This document shows, piece by piece, positions 24,946 through 28,819 of a stretch of 28,819 nucleotides of DNA. The notes under the pieces are model-generated. The model ran no database searches. It was not told the origin of the DNA and saw only the letters and a list, made by a program, of their open reading frames with translations. The stretch lies in IMG/VR virus record IMGVR_UViG_2541047926_000006; one strand, given 5' to 3'. The stretch is from a virus. Lineage: Duplodnaviria > Heunggongvirae > Uroviricota > Caudoviricetes. Position numbers and translations under genes: made by a program. The first letter of the stretch is position 1. The number at the start of each line of letters is the position of its first letter.

Positions 24946-27180
24946 ATGCAGGAAAACCGCTGGGATGAGGAGTCTGCTTCTTTTGTCCCGGTTGAGACTG
25001 AATCCGATCCGATGAACGTCACTTTTGACAAGCTGGCCCCTGAAGTACAGAACGCTGTCATGGTTAAGTTCGACACATGTGAAAACATCACCGTTGATAT
25101 GGTTATTAGCGCACAGGAATTGTTGCAGGAAGACATGGCAACATTCGACGGACATATCGTTGAAGCGTTGATGAAAATGCCAGAAGTTAACGCCATGTAT
25201 CCGGAGCTTAAGTTGCACGCCATTGGGTGGGTTAAGCATAAATGTATTCCTGGTGCTAAATGGCCCGAAATTCAGGCAGAGATGCGCATCTGGAAAAAAC
25301 GTCGCGAAGGTGAACGCAAGGAAACCGGAAAATACACGTCTGTTGTTGATCTCGCCCGCGCCAGAGCCAATCAACAGTACACTGAAAATTCAACAGGAAA
25401 AATCAGCCCGGTCATTGCTGCCATTCATCGCGAATACAAGCAGACATGGAAAACACTGGATGACGAACTGGCCTACGCTCTCTGGCCTGGTGATGTGGAT
25501 GCCGGAAACATTGACGGCAGCATCCATCGCTGGGCAAAAAAAGAAGTTATCGACAACGACCGCGAAGACTGGAAGCGTATCTCGGCATCAATGCGCAAAC
25601 AGCCTGATGCCCTTCGCTACGACCGCCAAACTATTTTTGGCCTTGTCCGTGAGCGTCCGATCGACATTCACAAAGATCCCGTAGCACTGAACAAATATAT
25701 CTGCGAATACCTGACGACAAAGGGCGTGTTTGAGAATGAAGAAACAGACCTGGGCACTGTTGATGTTCTCCAGTCATCAGAAACACAAACTGATGCAGTG
25801 GAAACTGAGGTATCTGATATCCCAAAAAATGAAACCGCGCCGGAAGCTGAACCATCTGTAGAGCGTGAGGGGCCGTTCTATTTCCTCTTCGCAGATAAGG
25901 ACGGAGAAAAATACGGTCGCGCAAACAAACTTTCTGGTCTGGATAAGGCACTGGCTGCTGGCGCCACTGAAATCACAAAAGAAGAATATTTTGCCCGAAA
26001 AAATGGCACATACACGGGCTTACCGCAAAATGTAGATACCGCTGAAGATTCAGAACAACCAGAGCCGATAAAAGTTACCGCTGACGAAGTAAACAAAATT
26101 ATGCAGGCAGCCAATATCAGCCAGCCTGACGCCGATAAGTTGCTTGCTGCATCACGTGGTGAATTTGTTGAAGGGATTAGTGACCCGAATGATCCGAAAT
26201 GGGTTAAGGGGATCCAGACCCGCGATTCTGTGAACCAGAACCAGCATGAATCGGAACGGAACTACCAAAAAGCGGAACAAAACAGTCCAAATGCGTTACA
26301 AAACGAGCCAGAAACGAAACAGCCTGAACCAGTGGCGCAACAGGAAGTGGAAAAAGCCTGCACCGCCTGCGGTCAGACCGGCGGCGGCAACTGCCCTGAT
26401 TGTGGCGCGGTGATGGGCGACGCAACATACCAAGAAACATTCGATGAAGAGTATCAGGTTGAAGTTCAGGAAGATGATCCGGAGGAAATGGAAGGCGCTG
26501 AACATCCACACAAGGAGAACACTGGCGGCAATCAGCATCACAATAGCGATAATGAAACTGGCGAGACGGCAGATCACCCAATTAAGGTGAACGGTCATCA
26601 CGAAATCACATCCACCAGCAGGACGTGTGACCATCTAATGATCGACCTTGAAACCATGGGAAAAAATCCTGATGCCCCGATCATCTCAATAGGTGCAATA
26701 TTTTTCGATCCGCAAACCGGAGATATGGGACCGGAATTTAGTAAGACTATCGATCTGGAAACTGCTGGCGGAGTCATTGATCGGGACACCATTAAATGGT
26801 GGCTTAAGCAATCACGCGAAGCGCAATCTGCCATTATGACCGATGAAATCCCGTTAGATGATGCACTGTTACAATTGCGGGAATTTATCGACGAAAACTC
26901 CGGTGAATTTTTTGTTCAGGTTTGGGGAAATGGAGCCAACTTCGACAACACGATTTTGCGCCGTTCATACGAACGGCAGGGGATCCCCTGCCCGTGGCGT
27001 TACTACAACGATCGCGATGTACGCACAATCGTTGAGCTGGGGAAAGCCATAGACTTCGATGCCAGAACGGCTATTCCATTCGAAGGTGAGCGCCATAATG
27101 CACTTGATGACGCCCGTTACCAGGCAAAATACGTTTCAGTTATCTGGCAAAAACTGATCCCGAGTCAGGCTGATTCTTAA
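24946..27180 (+). CDS. ydfE: Large prophage protein with an internal zinc ribbon and a C-terminal DEDDh 3'-5' exonuclease domain (intact form of the ydfE locus)
   Basis: 744-aa ORF. Exo motifs MIDLETMG (D,E), GNGANFDNTIL (D), ERHNALDDARYQAKY (H-x4-D). Zinc ribbon CTACGQTGGGNCPDCG. Acidic low-complexity linker. Start codon uncertain. Confidence 0.75.
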   Translation: MQENRWDEESASFVPVETESDPMNVTFDKLAPEVQNAVMVKFDTCENITVDMVISAQELLQEDMATFDGHIVEALMKMPEVNAMYPELKLHAIGWVKHKCIPGAKWPEIQAEMRIWKKRREGERKETGKYTSVVDLARARANQQYTENSTGKISPVIAAIHREYKQTWKTLDDELAYALWPGDVDAGNIDGSIHRWAKKEVIDNDREDWKRISASMRKQPDALRYDRQTIFGLVRERPIDIHKDPVALNKYICEYLTTKGVFENEETDLGTVDVLQSSETQTDAVETEVSDIPKNETAPEAEPSVEREGPFYFLFADKDGEKYGRANKLSGLDKALAAGATEITKEEYFARKNGTYTGLPQNVDTAEDSEQPEPIKVTADEVNKIMQAANISQPDADKLLAASRGEFVEGISDPNDPKWVKGIQTRDSVNQNQHESERNYQKAEQNSPNALQNEPETKQPEPVAQQEVEKACTACGQTGGGNCPDCGAVMGDATYQETFDEEYQVEVQEDDPEEMEGAEHPHKENTGGNQHHNSDNETGETADHPIKVNGHHEITSTSRTCDHLMIDLETMGKNPDAPIISIGAIFFDPQTGDMGPEFSKTIDLETAGGVIDRDTIKWWLKQSREAQSAIMTDEIPLDDALLQLREFIDENSGEFFVQVWGNGANFDNTILRRSYERQGIPCPWRYYNDRDVRTIVELGKAIDFDARTAIPFEGERHNALDDARYQAKYVSVIWQKLIPSQADS

Positions 27181-27252
27181 TGTTCAACTGTCGCCGGTTG
27201 TGACTGGTATTCTGCAACCGGCGCTCGTCTGATGTAAGAGATAAAGAAATCG

Positions 27253-27504
27253 ATGAGCGAAGTAATCATGATTGTCTCTCCCGGCAAATGGGTATCCGAA
27301 GAGCAGTTAATTGCGCTGAAAGGAATAAAAAAAGGTACGTTAAAAAAGGCCCGGGAAAAATCGTTTATGGAAGGAAGGGAATATAAGCATGTCGCTCATG
27401 ACGGTATGCCATGGGATAACAGTCCATGCTTTTACAACCTGGAAGAAATTGATCGCTGGATTGAGCGCCAGGCATCAGCGAGACCAAGACGTCATCTTAC
27501 TTGA
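27253..27504 (+). CDS. Putative excisionase / small DNA-binding protein upstream of int
   Basis: 83-aa ORF immediately upstream of the integrase on the same strand. Assigned from position and size only. Confidence 0.45.
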   Translation: MSEVIMIVSPGKWVSEEQLIALKGIKKGTLKKAREKSFMEGREYKHVAHDGMPWDNSPCFYNLEEIDRWIERQASARPRRHLT

Positions 27505-27538
27505 CTAAAAGCCACACTAACTAATGAGAGAAGTTGAA

Positions 27539-28819
27539 ATGAAATATCCGACAGGCGTGGAAAACCATGGAGGGAAATTACGTATCTGGTTTGTTTATAA
27601 AGGCGTAAGAGTCAGGGAAAATCTGGGGGTTCCTGACACAGCAAAAAACAGGCGCGTTGCAGGTGAACTACGCTCCTCTGTTTGTTACGCAATAAAAACT
27701 GGTGTTTTCGACTATGCAAAACAGTTTCCCTCCTCACGCAATCTGGAAAAATTTGGTGAGGCCCGACAAGATTTAACCATAAAAGAACTGGCTGAAAAAT
27801 TTCTGGCACTGAAAGAAACTGAAGTCGCCAAAACATCACTCAACACATACCGTGCCGTCATCAAAAATATCCTGAGCATAATCGGTGAAAAAAATCTTGC
27901 CTCATCGATTAATAAAGAAAAATTACTGGAGGTTCGTAAAGAGCTACTGATTGGATACCAGATCCCCAAAAGTAACTATATTGTTACACAACCAGGGAGA
28001 TCGGCTGTAACTGTAAATAATTACATGACAAATCTTAACGCCGTGTTCCAGTTTGGTGTTGATAACGGTTACCTGGCAGATAATCCGTTTAAGGGGATCT
28101 CGCCATTAAAGGAATCAAGAACCATTCCGGATCCTCTTTCGCGGGAGGAATTTATCCGTCTTATCGATGCGTGCAGAAATCAGCAAGCAAAAAATTTATG
28201 GTGTGTTTCTGTTTATACTGGCGTTCGCCCTGGTGAGCTGTGTGCACTTGGATGGGAGGACATAGATCTGAAAAATGGAACAATGATGATCAGGAGAAAT
28301 TTAGCAAAAGACCGTTTCACGGTACCAAAAACACAGGCGGGAACCAATCGGGTCATTCATCTTATTAAGCCAGCAATCGACGCTCTCCGGAGTCAGATGA
28401 CATTAACGAGACTGAGCAAAGAGCATATCATTGATGTTCACCTCAGAGAGTATGGCAGAACAGAAAAACAAAAATGCACCTTTGTTTTTCAACCTGAAGT
28501 GTCAGCGAGAGTAAAAAATTATGGTGACCATTTTACCGTTGACTCAATAAGGCAGATGTGGGACGCAGCGATAAAACGTGCCGGACTCCGCCATCGAAAA
28601 TCATATCAGTCGAGACATACTTATGCCTGCTGGTCGCTGACAGCTGGTGCTAACCCGGCATTTATAGCAAACCAGATGGGCCATGCAGATGCGCAAATGG
28701 TATTTCAGGTATACGGAAAATGGATGTCTGAAAACAATAATGCACAGGTAGCTTTGTTAAATACACAGTTAAGCGAGTTTGCCCCAACCATTCCCCATAA
28801 CGAAGCAATGAAAAATTAA
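27539..28819 (+). CDS. intQ: Tyrosine recombinase (phage integrase)
   Basis: Start chosen at MKYPTGVENHGGKLRIWFVYKG... after a purine-rich Shine-Dalgarno. C-terminal catalytic region with R...HxxR...Y pattern (…SRHTYACWSL…VYGKWM…). TAA stop is the last three bases of the window. Confidence 0.85.
   Translation: MKYPTGVENHGGKLRIWFVYKGVRVRENLGVPDTAKNRRVAGELRSSVCYAIKTGVFDYAKQFPSSRNLEKFGEARQDLTIKELAEKFLALKETEVAKTSLNTYRAVIKNILSIIGEKNLASSINKEKLLEVRKELLIGYQIPKSNYIVTQPGRSAVTVNNYMTNLNAVFQFGVDNGYLADNPFKGISPLKESRTIPDPLSREEFIRLIDACRNQQAKNLWCVSVYTGVRPGELCALGWEDIDLKNGTMMIRRNLAKDRFTVPKTQAGTNRVIHLIKPAIDALRSQMTLTRLSKEHIIDVHLREYGRTEKQKCTFVFQPEVSARVKNYGDHFTVDSIRQMWDAAIKRAGLRHRKSYQSRHTYACWSLTAGANPAFIANQMGHADAQMVFQVYGKWMSENNNAQVALLNTQLSEFAPTIPHNEAMKN

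Noticed and set aside
24873-26834. Multiple minus-strand ORFs (78 to 148 aa) antisense to the large exonuclease gene, and the 78-aa plus-strand ORF at 24779..25015
   Set aside because: The antisense ORFs lie inside a long, motif-supported coding region and lack start signals. The 78-aa plus ORF overlaps the start of the large ORF in another frame; it could indicate an upstream frameshift, but I could not support that without alignment.

Overview
The window is almost entirely a lambdoid defective prophage of Escherichia coli of the Qin/Kim type. It is inserted in the MFS transporter gene ydfJ (1..1284, 5'-truncated) and runs to a tyrosine integrase whose stop codon is the last base of the window. 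Left to right: ydfK; pinQ invertase; tfaQ and a split side-tail-fibre gene; lom; an in-frame Nu1'-'J chimera; a lambda-type cos site; ynfO; gnsB-ynfN-cspI; a phage-21-type lysis cassette (Rz/Rz1, SAR endolysin, pinholin) with an extra gene between endolysin and holin; ynfU; cspB/cspF; a Q-like antiterminator split into two frames; ydfU/rem; the relB-relE-hokD operon; flxA; a split DDE integrase/transposase; replication-gene remnants; dicC/dicA; the ydfA-dicF-dicB-ydfD operon; an intact 744-aa protein with a C-terminal DEDDh exonuclease domain; xis/int. No rRNA, tRNA or CRISPR array was seen. All calls come from reading the supplied ORF translations and the nucleotide sequence by eye; no database search or alignment was run, and gene symbols follow my recollection of E. 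coli K-12 Qin and phage lambda/21. The content is less degraded than I remember K-12 Qin being (lom present, ydfE uninterrupted), so this is probably a related strain. I did not find a clearly novel system; the best candidates for follow-up are the cos site beside the Nu1'-'J deletion scar, the extra gene pair inside the lysis cassette, the split Q gene, and the large exonuclease protein.
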